Assembly: GCA_951406725.2 (NCBI GenBank)
Contig: OX597819.1
Location: 128,836,001-128,900,000, forward strand
Length of the DNA stretch: 64,000 bases
Source of the DNA: Octopus vulgaris
Taxonomy: Eukaryota
Reading direction: 5' to 3'
Position 1 is the first letter of the stretch. Each line of letters opens with the position of its first letter. The translations under genes were made by a program, and so were the position numbers. The notes beneath the pieces are model-generated. The model searched no databases. It had not been told where the DNA came from and worked only from the letters and a program-made list of their open reading frames with translations. Of the stretch, positions 14,230-26,865 are shown in pieces.

Positions 14230-16380
14230 ACTGGTTCTCAGGAACTAAGGTAAAAAAATAATTGACGACAGTATGTTAAATTGGATAAAATTGATGAGAG
14301 ATTTGAGGAACTGGGGGAGAAAAAAAAGAAAAGATTGGAAGATTTGTAGAAGAGGACATAACTGAAAAAAAATAAAGGAACAGAGAAGAAGGATAATATG
14401 GTTTATGAACTTGAGGATGAAGGATCCTAAGACAAGGCTAAGAAAAGTTTGACGTAGGGGCTTAGTCTTGCCAATATATGGAAGAATAAGTGGTCATTTA
14501 TGTTTTACAGAAAATTATGTATTTTATGGCGTTAGATTAGATAAGATACGGAAGAGGGAAAGGTCACACCAAGATCACTTTCTTGTCTGGTTTAAGGAGA
14601 GGATGGGGAAAGAAAAAGGAGATTTTGAGGGTAGGAAAAAGCCTCAACAATGCAAAGGATCACATTGATTGAAAAAAATGTAATTTGTTTTGCACGAGAC
14701 CTGACAAATAAATAATGAGAAAAACAACAAAATATGTGATAATAATCCGAACGAAGAAGAGCTGGAAAAATTTTGAAGGAGCCTCCTTTAGAAAACAAAT
14801 ATATCGTAAAAGAGACGATGGAGAATAATAGCGGTGTAGGTAAGCTGCTACAGAATATTAAAGAAAACGATTTAACATATAATGGACTAGCACTATGACC
14901 CGGCAACGCCAGGTCATAGTGCTAGTGCATACATATACAGCTGCGTGCATGCGCACATACACGTGAGTACTGTCCAAATCTCCGACCAATCACATACAGC
15001 TAGCTGGCATTCAATTGGCGTATCAAGTTTCAGGCATTTTGATTGAGATCTGGATAAAAAATTCACAAAAACGTCACTTCAATTGATTTTTTAATGGCTT
15101 TGCGGGGTGACCGGGCAAATGTAAAGATATGCACGACCACCCTTGGACGGTTTTGAATGACCATAGAAAGTGCGAGCCCTGTAACTGAAAAATTGTGGAT
15201 TTGTATAAAGGACACACACACACACACACAGACATTTTGCTGTTTATATATAGAGAGAGATATAGTTCGCTAAGTAACTATAAGCAGTGTACTGAATCAA
15301 GGAAGTTCAAGCGTTTGTTACTGAATGCGATAAGCAGTGTGAATAAAATTCCAGAGTTAAATTTTGGCACAAGGCCAGCAATTTCGGGGGATGGAGTAAA
15401 ACTGAACGCAAAAGATAAGATGGACGAAATACCGCAAAGCATTTTGCCCCCGGTGTGGTAAGAGTTCTGCTAGCTCGTTGTCCCATCCAGATATTATAAT
15501 ATGAACAGAAGCTTGAACGAAGGCATAGATTAATCAGTAGCTGCGAGATTAACTTAAATACATATATTACATTTAGAAATGATAGGTCATACAAACAAGT
15601 AAAAAATGTTATTTCAACTAACTTTGTAGTGAACCAATAATAGAAAAATTATGAAGAAAGTCCCGACAAAAGAACATAGTATTAACAGTTGAACTGTGTT
15701 ATAACAGAGCTACATATAGGGAAGTGAGTTACGAGAGAATAAATGGAATTATTAAAGAAGATCGTAATAGATTTACAGATATAGTCATATGAGATGATTT
15801 TAATAGAGTTCTATCGACCGGAACATTTTCAATTCAAACAACATAGCGCAAAAATGTTTTAGATGTAGTATTGGATTGCTTTGCAATATGGTACATAAAT
15901 GAGCCTACTAAAGGCTAAGTAAACTTGATTTATTTCTGAGTAAAGAACGTTTGATCATAGAAGATTTGAAAGTAAATCTTCCCTTTGTAGCTCCGATCAT
16001 AATGCGATTCAATTCGACATTCTTATTGAAATTTTGAGAAAAAATTGGAATGCGGGATATTACGGTTATTGAAATGCAGAAGAAAAAAAATATGGAATTT
16101 ATACAGACAAAATAAGATTTTAAGAGATAAAAGTGCTACTGAAAAGTGGGTGACGTTTATATAAGTGATGCAGGAAGGGATTAAAAGTTTCTTCCTATGA
16201 AAGAAGGGAAGTTGGACACAAGAAACCTATGCAATTTCGCAGGAATGCTTATGGTGCTGGTAAGAGTAATCTTTAATGAGTGAAACGCTGCCTATAAAAC
16301 AAAAATGTATCAAGATTCTACGGTTTAGACAGAGGAACCAAAATTACATGATAGGAGAAAACAGGAATGAGAAATCGCAA
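14230..16380 (+). mobile_element. Highly decayed LINE (CR1-group-like): ORF1 remnant plus AP-endonuclease remnant
   Basis: ORF1-like fragments RRRIIWFM/VYELED, VRLDK and ICFARDLT (14380-14710). APE motifs IVI*DDFN (~15781, GDFN position), YINEPT, LDLFLSK and SDHNAIQFDI (~15995), with stops and frameshifts. Interrupted by a Helitron-like element and a SINE fragment. Confidence 0.7.
14887..15260 (-). mobile_element. Non-autonomous Helitron-like element
   Basis: Minus-strand 5' TCTCTCTCTATATATAAA and 3' CTAG within a GC-containing terminal hairpin (14886-14926). Confidence 0.7.
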
Positions 16381-17111
16381 ATGTTGCAAAAACATGAAGA
16401 ATGTTTACTATTTTACGTTTATATATTTGTTTTGCAAGATTTCTGATGTGAAATCGTGTGTTGAAACAGATATTGTTGTATTTAGGAATGGTCATTTTGC
16501 CAGTTTAGCCAATAAAAACACACGCACTATATATGTGGTGTTACTTTGCTTCAGCGTTATTTACTTTTTACTTTAATCTTAATCTTATTTCGGCCAGAGT
16601 TCTTTCTTCACACTTCTGTGACCTCATCAGTGGTCCTTTGCTTTCTTCTTTCTTATTTGTGTGTCTCTCCTTACTAACGGTCAGCCATTTTGTATTTTGT
16701 ATTGTTGTTGATGTTGTCACTCGTGTTGTTGTTGTCGTCGTACATATTGAAATTCAAACGTATTTTTGTGAACGACTTTTCAATCTCGGATAGGCATTTT
16801 AGAAATACACACGATTACATCCATAGATATCTTTGTCTTCCTATTTATCAAAGTGGAACCGGTTCTGAGAGAGGGGGAGCGGGGAAATCGTTTCTAGTAC
16901 TTGACAGGTACTTTGTCATCCTCTGAAGGAGTTAAATGCAAAGAGCTGGAACAATTATCACAAGTTATTTGTCCGATGCTCGAATGATCTTACCAAACGA
17001 CTGTCTTTACTAGAGTGGAGGGTATGACAATAACAAAACAATTATAATTAAAGTATAATCACCTTTATTGTTCCTTTTAAAACTTATTTTTAACCTTTTT
17101 TTTATTTGTAG

Positions 17112-17251
17112 AACTGGATTTTAACACAGATTGGCAAAGTTCAGTCAACTGATACTCTGCGAACGAGTGAGTGGTGGCTTGGTCTAAATGACCGCAAGAA
17201 GGAACTGAAATGGGTATGGACAGATGGTACCCCTATTGCTGAAAAAGCCAT
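17112..17251 (+). CDS. C-type lectin exon b (CTLD1 middle, WLGL motif)
   Basis: Acceptor tttgtAG (17110-11), donor AT|GTAAGT, phase 0 to 2. Encodes NWILTQIGKVQSTDTLRTSEWWLGLNDRKKELKWVWTDGTPIAEKA. Absent from the ORF track. Confidence 0.93.
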
Positions 17252-17278
17252 GTAAGTTAATGTCTTATACAAATATCT

Positions 17279-17508
17279 GTTTCTTTATTACCCGCAAGGG
17301 GCTAAACACAGAGGGGACAAACAAGGACAGACAAACGGATTAAGTCGATTACATCGACCCCAGTGCGTAACTGGTACTTAATTTATCGACCCCGAAAGGA
17401 TGAAAGGCAAAGTCGACCTCGGCGGAATTTGAACTCACAACGTAGCGACGGGCGAAATACCGCGAACAACTTCGCCCGGTGTGCTAACGTTTCTGCCAGC
17501 TCGCCGCC
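17279..17508 (-). mobile_element. SINE family A monomer, 28 nt downstream of the exon b donor
   Basis: Full-length copy with 16-bp TSD TCTTATACAAATATCT. Confidence 0.92.
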
Positions 17509-18271
17509 TTATCTTATACAAATATCTCCAACATAAGACAGATGAAATAGCAATTCTCTATTTTTACTTGATCCCTATTTTCATTCATGAACTTTTCCAG
17601 ATGCATGACTGTGTAGTTAAGAAGCTCACTTTGAAACTGCGCGGTTTCGGGTTCAATCTCACTGGGTTTTCTAATATACATCACAATGGCTCAAATAGCT
17701 CTCACCAGATGACACTGATATTGTAGGCTTTTTGCGCAAGTGTCACTGCTCATGTGACGCTGAAAAATAACTTGGTGAGGAAATACCGCTACGCACAAAT
17801 GGTCAGCTGATTTTGTGTGGGCGGAAAAGTAGAGAAAGAGGTGTCCCTCCGTATAAGTGTGTCTGTCACCAGAGCGAACACAAATGAACGAGAAACTCCA
17901 AGTAATTCATTATCAAAATTATATTCTTCAATAAAATTGGTAAATCAAAATGTAAAAGAACAAACTGAAAATAAATTAAGGAGTAAAGAAAGAAGATTGG
18001 TGAAAATTAATAATATGAGCGCAAAAAGTAGAGCAACTGTAACAAGACTGAAATATTAGAAAAAGGAGTTATTTAAAAATAAAAAAATAAAAGCAAATAC
18101 AAAGTAACTGAAAAAGAACAGAATAAAAAATTCAAATAAGGAGTAAATGAAGAACAGAATGAAAGAATAGGAGTGTATTTTACTTGCTTCAGGTATTGAA
18201 TTGCGGCCAAACTGGGGCACCAATGGCCCTAGTACTTATTTTTCTTTTTTTAAGTCTGGATCTTTTAAGTC

Positions 18272-18616
18272 GGATCTTTACCTTTTGAACGGCAGATCGA
18301 GAAATTAATTTTTTGTAACTAAACACTTTCAAACTTTGGTAGAATGTGTCATATAAAACATCTTTTACTCTTAGTGTTGTTGAGAAAAGTTTATATGTTC
18401 AAAGTTATTTCGTGTTAAAGGTGTCGTATTTCGGTAATTTCAACCAATCAATGACGTGTGTTCAGCTGAATAAAATTACTGCTGTTGTTTGTCGACAACA
18501 ACTTCCGTCATATAAAACATCTTTTACTAAGAGTAAAAGAGGTTTTATACGATACGTTCTACCAGTGTCCGAAGTTTGAAAGTGTTCAGTTACAAAAAAT
18601 TAATTTCTCAATCTGC
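18272..18616. mobile_element. MITE related to the GGATC-TIR family, right TIR truncated, nested in a family B SINE
   Basis: Left end GGATCTTTACCTTTTGAACGGCAG. Inverted subterminal arms GAGAAATTAATTTTTTGTAACT...AGTTACAAAAAATTAATTTCTC. Confidence 0.7.
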
Positions 18617-18687
18617 TGGTCTCTTTTGCCGAGCCACTAAGTTACACTGGTATAAGCAAACTAACATCAGTCATCAAGTTGTGTGCA

Positions 18688-18721
<34 letters not shown>

Positions 18722-18724
18722 ACA

Positions 18725-18759
<35 letters not shown>

Positions 18760-18890
18760 GATATACGTCTGCAATGCTGAAATAATTTGTATATTAGTTT
18801 TTTACCTTTTAACCTAATAATTTTTGTCTTGTGTTTCTCGTTATCTTTATTTTATCACTCACTCAATCTCTCTATTTCTCTCTCTCTCCC

Positions 18891-18929
<39 letters not shown>

Positions 18930-19028
18930 GAGACCTACAGTCCAATAGTTTTCATGATCCCATTCGCCCTATTTTCTTTTAGCTGTCTTGAAACAGTTTC
19001 AATTGATTTTTATTCTGTTCTATTTCAG

Positions 19029-19153
19029 AGTTTGGAACGACCATGAACCAAATAACTGGGGTGGAACTGAATGGTGTGCTGAGATCTGGGGGCACGGCCT
19101 CAATGATAAATCTTGCTCTATAGTTCAAGCCTATATCTGCGAGAGGCCAAAAA
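19029..19153 (+). CDS. C-type lectin exon c (CTLD1 end, EPN motif)
   Basis: Acceptor tatttcAG, donor A|GTAAGA, phase 2 to 1. Encodes (I)VWNDHEPNNWGGTEWCAEIWGHGLNDKSCSIVQAYICERPK, with EPN, E-x-C, LND (WND position) and the closing YICE. Confidence 0.95.
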
Positions 19154-19337
19154 GTAAGACAACCTTACGCATAAATTTAAGTACAGACATTCCCAATCCA
19201 GAGTGGACGCATTCATGTTCAGAATTTCAGCTTGATTCACTAATTCTGTCAAACTCTAATCTATGTTTTTTAAGACGCGTTATATGTTTGTTTGTGTACA
19301 GATATTTATGTAAACATGTATACATACATGTATATAT

Positions 19338-19376
<39 letters not shown>

Positions 19377-19411
19377 CCAAAAAATAAGCAACAAGAATGG
19401 ATCCGGTAATT

Positions 19412-19494
19412 TAGTACAATTGTTTCATACTATAACAATTTATTAAAGCTGCAAATATTACAGCAAATATAATATGTCAAGTAATCTTCAGCTA
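19412..19494 (-). ncRNA. Hammerhead-ribozyme-like motif (type I, long stem II) in a ~260-bp element flanked by (TA)n
   Basis: Minus strand: TAG-CTGAAGA-[TTACTTGACA...TGTTATAGTAT]-GAAA-CAATTG-TA-CTA. Palindromic stem III, GUA triplet, short stem I, mismatch at the base of stem II. Confidence 0.6.
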
Positions 19495-19629
19495 ATTTCA
19501 TATAGGTTTTCCAATAATGTAAAGTTCTCAAATCAATTAGTAACATCTTAGAGAGTGTAAATATACCGATAAAGTTGTGGATATAAATTTCAGGAAACAT
19601 GGAGATGCCAGTCAGACCACGATTAAGTT

Positions 19630-19718
<89 letters not shown>

Positions 19719-20170
19719 TATATAATATATAATATTTGTGTGTGTACATATGTTTATGTAAACATGTATACATACATGTGCATATATATATACACATGCA
19801 ATTGTATTTATTATATTTGTGTGTGTGTGTGTGTAAATAGCCGTATATGTATGTAAGTGTATATCTACATATACTATGAAAGACACACACGTAGTGTGTA
19901 TACATGTATGTGTAAGTGTATATGTGTATATATAACTATTTTTATTTATGAAGCATGCATGCCAGTTAAATTCTTTTTTTGTTTGTTTTCATTACCGTTT
20001 TCGATGGCATACAAGTTCCACCAGCGTGTAAGACCTCCAACAAATTCAATTTCAGCCGGGAATATTAAAACGAATTCTTACTGTACTTAATTAAACGTTT
20101 ATTGTTTATTGAATATGTAGCGAGTAGTGTAGCAGAGGAAAAAAAACTTGATCAAGGCATGCGATGAGGG

Positions 20171-20403
20171 AATGACATCTGGAGCAAAGACAAGGAGCAC
20201 AAGAAGGATGCTGAATGGTTGCAAGAACTGAAGCAAACAGTAGTCTGTACAAAACAAGCAGAACTAGTCATTTAAGTTAGGGTAGTGAAGGAAATCAGCA
20301 AAAAGATGAGCAACTGGAAGGCCCCGGCACCAGATGAAGTTCAAGGCTACTAGATCAAAAGATTTGGTGAATGTCATGCACGAATATCTAGGCAACTCAA
20401 CAC
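20171..20403 (+). mobile_element. R4/Dong-like non-LTR retrotransposon fragment (region leading into RT), pseudogenised
   Basis: NDIWSKDKEHKKDAEWLQELKQ...KKMSNWKAPAPDEVQGY*IKRFGECHARISRQLN with two stops. The IW..H..AEWL and NWKAPGPD..Q..W.K pattern is typical of R4-clade RTs as I recall them. Confidence 0.8.
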
Positions 20404-21076
20404 TTTTCAGATGGTCGGATGTAATTTAAGCTAATTTTTGACTGCTACTTCTAGTAGATCGAATGATCTCATAGGGGCAATGCAGTTGGTTCGTTATATT
20501 ATTTTTTTAATTACTGATGTTGCTTTACCCATGGTGTTCAGTGTCTCTGTGTATAAGCTTTGTGTATATTTTGGTTTCCAATGTATCTTCCAAGAAGGGC
20601 AGAGAATTCGCAGAATCGGTAGAGCAACAGAAAAATTCCTTGAGTCAAAGATAAAATGCATTGGTTACGCCTCTTTTCAGTCTTACTTAAAAATCCTCCT
20701 TGAGACTTTGACTTTCATCCTTATGGGGTTGATGAAACAAAGTACCAGTCACGCACCGATGTCCGTCAAATCAACTATACGCTTCCAACTAAATGTGGGA
20801 CCTTGACCGAAATCATTAGATCTTCCACGTCGTCGGTGTTTGGCAAAATAGTAGCGAGTCGTATTAGATGAATTTGTTTTTCAACTTTTCGGGGGTTGTT
20901 GAAATATGGCATCGATAAAACTGGCACTACTCGCCCATCCTCGATTTTTGTTATACTGTGTCGTATAAAGAGAACTTGATGACTTCCACAATTCTCTACA
21001 CAACATGTTTATGCCATTAACAAATGATTTCTATCTAGTTGCGTTTTGTATCGCACACTAATATCTGTTGCAAACG

Positions 21077-21151
<75 letters not shown>

Positions 21152-21388
21152 TATATACACACACACATTTGCATATATACATACATTAATATATTCATAT
21201 ATATATATATATCCACATACACACACATACATAGATAAACACAGACACATATATACATATATAAAAAGTATATATATATACACATCTAAATACATAAATA
21301 CATTCGCATATATTCATACATCAATATATTCATATATATATATATATCCACATACACACACATACATAGATAAACACTCACACATTAA

Positions 21389-21419
<31 letters not shown>

Positions 21420-21446
21420 CTTACATGCTTAGTTACATACATATAA

Positions 21447-21478
<32 letters not shown>

Positions 21479-22480
21479 ATACACACATACACACACACGC
21501 ACAAACACTTTATCAGGCTGTGTGATATTAGTATGTCGCCCATAACAGTTATGATGTCTGCAACCTTCACGTCTGCATATGAATTTCTAAATTACATTAG
21601 ACCATCTTAAGTTTATTCAGTGGCTTGTAACTCGTGCTTTTGTTGCTTACGAGAAGTAATTTTTTTTTAAAGTTCCGTGTTATTGCAATATATTGTTACT
21701 GTCAGTTTATGGTTGGGTGTGTTGCAGGCTCTGTTCTCTTTGAGCTGTGTTTAGATAACGTAGTCATCTATTCTATAATCATGGTGTGTTTGGTTCATTT
21801 AATAAGATTTATGTGTAGTTTGTTTCTATTAGTCGGTTGTGACTGTTGTATTTACTGTTTTGAACTTGTTTCTTTTTTGTAATGTTGTCATAGTAATTTG
21901 TTTTCATATCTGTTTGTTTTATTCAATTAATGTCATTCTGTAAGTTATATATATATATAGCTTTTTATTTGGCGGAGGTGGATCTGAATGTTCGTTTGAG
22001 TGGAAATTTTACAACTACGAATAACTACTCTCTGGACATTCATTATCTATCTCTATGCATGTACCAGCATTTATTTGGTCTGCTTTCCGTTCGTACATTT
22101 ATATCTAATCTATGTCTAAAAATAAAATTGTGGAGTTGCCTGAATTTTTACTTACGACAGATATTAAAGTATTGAACAGAAGTTATTTTCCCGGGGTTGG
22201 TTTCTCATGTACATGTATTTATTGGGTGCCTAATCGAATGATTAACAATCTCGAGATTTAGGGTTCAAATCCACTGCGCGGTATCTTAGACAAGTGTTTT
22301 CTAGTATAATCTTGAGTTGACTAATGTCTTGTGAAAGAAGTTATGCATGCAGACGTGGCTGTGTGGTAAGAGGCTTGCTTCCCAACCACATAGATCCGGG
22401 TTCAGTCCCACTATGTGGCACTTTGGGCAAGTGTTTTCTTCTATAGCCTCGGACCAACCCCAAAGCCTTGTGAGTGGATG

Positions 22481-22892
22481 AAAGAAGTATCAAGGTTCAT
22501 CCGAGACTTGGACCACGGGCTATACGTCCCCTGCCAAATTCAAGATCACAACATACATGTACACTGCAACATAATTTCTTTTCCTCAGCGGGCCCTGCCC
22601 TATTTAACATTGTCCCGAGGGAGATCAAAGAGGAAAAGGATCCCATCAACTTCAAACAGAGTCTGGATAGATTCCTTCAAAGAATACCAGACAGGCCACC
22701 CATGGTTGGATGCAGCTCACCCAACAAGAACTCACTACTTGAACAAAACTGGATACAACTCACCCAACAAGAACTCACTACTTGAACAAAACTTGACTTA
22801 AACAGGATTCGAATAATCCTATCGGGTGGTGCTATTAAGTTAGACATGGCCTGGACCAATCTCTGGTCGAAACATATCTAAGTTTTATCTAA

Positions 22893-22897
<5 letters not shown>
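22481..22897 (+). mobile_element. 5'-truncated LINE 3' end (CR1/L2-group ORF2 C-terminus plus 3' UTR)
   Basis: HNFFSSAGPALFNIVPREIKEEKDPINFKQSLDRFLQRIPDRP fits the NFFS..N.LP..FK..LD.FL C-terminal motif. Ends in tandem (TATCTAAGTTT)2 and has an internal ~43-bp tandem duplication (22713-22793). Confidence 0.85.
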
Positions 22898-22944
<47 letters not shown>

Positions 22945-23482
22945 TATATATATATTAGAGAAAATCAACTATTATGCAATTCAAACAATGATAGACATAA
23001 AACAAATCTTAAATAATAAATAAAAAATATTTTTTTAAACAATATAACTAGATCACAAAAAGTACAAAAATGAATAAACTAGGAATACAATAGAGTATTA
23101 GGTAACAATCCGATTATGTAACCGACACTCATCAGAGGTAGCCGATATAGAACCAAATCCGATTCCATATCTGCTACCTCTGATGAGTGTAGGGTTATAT
23201 AATCAGATTCTTGCCTGATACTCCGTTGTACCCAAAATCTCGAGATTGTTAATCATTCAATTAGGCACCCAATTAATACATGTATATGAGAAACTAGCTC
23301 TGGGAAAATAAAAAAATATATTTTATTTAAGATTTGTTTTATGTCTATCATTGTTTTAATTGCATAATAGTGGTTTTTCTCTAATTTATATATTACATAT
23401 TTATATTGTGAAATTTGATTTAATACTAAATTGTATTTTTCCCTGTAAGTTTGGAGTTATACTCCCTAATATTATTATTATC

Positions 23483-23529
<47 letters not shown>

Positions 23530-23657
23530 CGCGCTCGCGCGTGTGTATGTATATGTAAGTCGTTTAAAAGTCCATAAATCAAGAAAAAAATGCACTTGTA
23601 TATCTGTCAATAGAGTGGGTATATTATCTTAAGTGTACAGTATTATATATCCATCAC

Positions 23658-23871
23658 GGCCAATCTTACCAATTGGTTTCGCACTAGGGGTAGAACGGAG
23701 TGTCAGCCAACTATCCGATTATGTAACCCTACACTCATCAGAGGTAACAGATATGGAATCGGATTTGGTTCTATATCGGCTACCTCTGATGAGTGTCGGG
23801 TTACATAATCGGATTGTTACCTAAATACTCTGTTGTATTCCTAGTGAAAAACCCACTGGTAAGATCGGCCG
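23658..23871. ncRNA. Divergent inverted pair of degenerate hammerhead motifs (Penelope pLTR-like)
   Basis: Minus 23658-23748: TACCT-CTGATGA-GTGTAGGG...CCCTAGTGC-GAAA-CCAATTGG-TA-AGATTGGCC. Plus 23777-23871: CGGCTACCT-CTGATGA...AAAA-CCCACTGG-TA-AGATCGGCCG, with a damaged core. Confidence 0.6.
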
Positions 23872-25039
23872 TAATAAATATACTGTGTAATACTGTACAC
23901 TTCGGATAACATATATATGTGTGTGTGTGTGTTTGTCCCCCACCACCGCTTGACAACCGGTGTTGTGTCTACGTTCCTGTAAATTAGCAGTTCGGCAACA
24001 GGGACCAATAGAATAAGTACCAGGCTTAAAAACAACCAAACAAAAAAGCACTGGAGTTGATTTGTTCAACTTAAACATTGTTCAAAGCGGTGCTCCAGCA
24101 TGACCGTAGTCTAGTGAGTGAAACAAGTAAAAGATATAAGATAAAAGATTCCGAAACCAGACAGAAGCTCATTAGTTCAACTCAACTTGTTATTCAAAGC
24201 TGTTTGGCTTCGTCATATATATTATTGCACTGATTCTGCTATGTTAAGTGAACAACTGCCATTTGGAAACCCGGTCACAATATTATACAGTGAATAAGTA
24301 CCTTTGATGATAGAACAAATCGAATACTAATTCGTCGAGACGAAGGTATGATCCCTCTATTCATACAATAATATCTATTCTTTGACACCTGTGAGCGAGT
24401 AATTAGCCATATTTACTCTTTTACTTGTTTCGGTAATTTGACTGCGGCCATGCTGGAGCACCGCCTTTAATCGAGCAACTCGACCCCGGGACTTATTCTT
24501 TTGTAAGCCCAGTACTTATTCTATCGGTCATATTTGTATGATCTTCAACACATTTTGACGAGTTTCGTATTTTATCATCGGTTTTCCTGTGCCTTTCGTA
24601 AAGACACTAAAACCCCTGCAAGGTAATGCATATCCTGCTGTAAAAATAGATTATCGTATTTATTGAACAGTATTTCTTTAAATCAACTCAAATATTTATG
24701 GAATTATGATAGTAAATCATTTTGATTAATAATCATTACTTTAAAAAAAAAAATAACCAAAAATATCACTGTTTCGTATCAGTAGTTATTGAGATACTTT
24801 AGCGGTCATTCAAGCATTCAAGCCACTAAACTGCATAAAAATTGTGACATCTAAATAATTTCTTAATAGCCTGGATGGAGAGGCGCAGCTTTTCATGGTA
24901 ATGATACACAGTAATTACAATCAATATATTCATTATTTTTTTCTGACCAGACTGTTTTGTTTTTATCGTTACATTCGGAATCGTTTTTATGACATGAAAT
25001 ATCGGTATCTTCATCTGTTAACTAATGGTTTCTTTACAG

Positions 25040-25136
25040 ATTATCCTTTCAAATGCGACAACGATCGGGGCTGGGAGTATTACAACGGCACATGTTATAA
25101 GTTTTTCTCAGAACCAATGAGCTGGCATAACGCCCA
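25040..25136 (+). CDS. C-type lectin exon d (start of CTLD2)
   Basis: Acceptor tctttacAG, donor CA|GTAAGT, phase 1 to 2. Encodes (N)YPFKCDNDRGWEYYNGTCYKFFSEPMSWHNA. Confidence 0.92.
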
Positions 25137-25696
25137 GTAAGTATACACGATTTTTGAAATAAATCTTTCGACTCTGTCCTTTCTCTCTCCCCCTCTCTCT
25201 CCCCCTCTCTCTCTAATACACGCACGCGCATGTGTGTATGCGTGCGCCTGTGTGTTAAAACAGAAGTGGAAAATTTTGGTACTTATTCCATGTTATATAT
25301 GTTCTTTTACCAATAGAAGTTGCATAGATATACATGTAGAAAAAACATAAATCTGTCATTAGTAATTCATCAGATAGACATGAATACCTTTGCAACTTCT
25401 ATTAGCAAAGAAATATGTAATCTGAAATAAATAATACCGAAATTTTCTTGCTTCCTGTTTTAATATGTAATTACTCTGCAATAAATATTTTCCAGTATTT
25501 AACAGTATTCTCCACTGTTTTCAACTCTCATATGGATCATAACATCTACGGATATACTTAGGAGAACTGGAATACACTGATGTACTTCATGAGGACGCAG
25601 CTTGGATTATAATCTTATCTACACACACACACATTTCTGTTTTTACACACATGTCTGTTTTTATGTACAGTTATATACGAAAAATAGTTAAACATG

Positions 25697-25996
25697 TGGG
25701 GGACATGGCCTAGTGGTTAGAGCAGCGGACTCGCGGTCGAGGGTTCGCAGGTTCGAATCTCAGACCGGGCGATGTGTGTGTTTATGAGCGAAACACCTAA
25801 GCTCCACGCGGCTCTGGCAGAAGGTAATGGCGAAACTTCTGCTGACTCTTTCGCCACAATTTTCTCTCACTCTTTCCTCCAGCATCTTGCAGCTCACCTG
25901 CGACGGACCGGCGTCCCGTCCAGGTGGGGAACCTATACGACAAGAAACCGGGAAACCGGCCCTTATGAGCCAGACATGGCTCGAGAAGGAATAAAC
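25697..25996 (+). mobile_element. tRNA-derived SINE family C (Meta-domain-like), full length
   Basis: A-box TGGCCTAGTGG, B-box GGTTCGAATCT, central CCTGCGACGGACCGGCGTCCCGTCCAGG...GAAACCGG, 17-bp TSD AAAAATAGTTAAACATG. Confidence 0.9.
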
Positions 25997-26717
25997 AAAA
26001 ATAGTTAAACATGAAATTAAAGGATGAATCAAAATCTCGGTCGTATGTTACGATGAAGAACACTGAAATCTGTTTGACGAAAAAAATATTCATTGTTATC
26101 GTAAACCAAAAAAAGTTTGCAGTCACTAAGAACGACAAACACCGAGATAGTTCGAAGCTGTTTTGGAGTCGGTATCAAAGTGGCTGCTGTCGCGTGTTTC
26201 TGCTAGTTGATCATTGTGTGTCGCTGTAGCTGCCGTCTATTGTTTTTTGTGTTGTCACAGCGCTCTGGTCAGTCAGCTTCTGGTTCTCCTTATGTGGCCA
26301 GCTTATCTGGCCAACTTCTGATTCTGTGTCCGATCTGTTGTATGTCGTCCGCCAGCACTAAATATATAGTGGTAGTCTTGCCCCCAAAAAGCGCGCCAAA
26401 AATAAAGTTGTTGTTAGATCCAGATCTATACGAAGGTGGTTAAGATTTTTTTTTATGGAGTTTGTAATATTGTAGCGAATCGAGATAGTTTTCTTGATTT
26501 TTTTTTTGCATCGGATGCAATGGTCTGGGTTCGATTGCCGAATATTCCTGCTACAAATATATCTTATGTTGTTTCATTATTACAAGGAAATGCTTGACAG
26601 CCATCGTGTTCGTTTGTTGGTAGTAAACGTCTTTTCTTAATCCAATGAAGAAACTTTCAGGTTTTTCTAATGGTCTCTTCAGGTAATATTTCGTGGTCCG
26701 TATGGGTATATTCTTGT

Positions 26718-26865
26718 GGAGGCGCATGGCTTAGCGGTTAGGGTGTTGGACTCATGGTCGTAAGATTGTGGTTTCGATCCCTGGACCGGGCGATCCGTTG
26801 TATTCTTGACCAAAACACTTCATTTCACGTTGCTTCAGCCCACTTAGCTGTAGAAATGAGCTTAA
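26718..26865 (+). mobile_element. tRNA-derived SINE head, a further family
   Basis: GGAGGCGCATGGCTTAGCGGTTAGGG...GGTTTCGATCCCTGG followed by CORE-like TCTTGACCAAAACACTTCATTTCAC. Not an intact tRNA. Confidence 0.65.

Larger units (their letters stand above)
22354..24150 (+). mobile_element. SINE family B (CORE-like) split by nested insertions
   Basis: Head GTGGCTGTGTGGTAAG...GGGTTCAGTCCC...TTGGGCAAGTG at 22354-22480. The 3' half resumes at about 23930-24150. A LINE 3' end and hammerhead-bearing fragments lie between. Confidence 0.8.

Noticed and set aside
21520-22200. Possible Penelope GIY-YIG coding remnant on the minus strand (YIAITRNFKKKL)
   Set aside because: One weak motif amid many stops cannot be supported without a profile search.
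25697-25775. tRNA-like sequence as a functional tRNA gene
   Set aside because: The acceptor stem does not close, and the sequence continues into a SINE body with a TSD. The same holds for 12194, 26718 and the family A/B heads.
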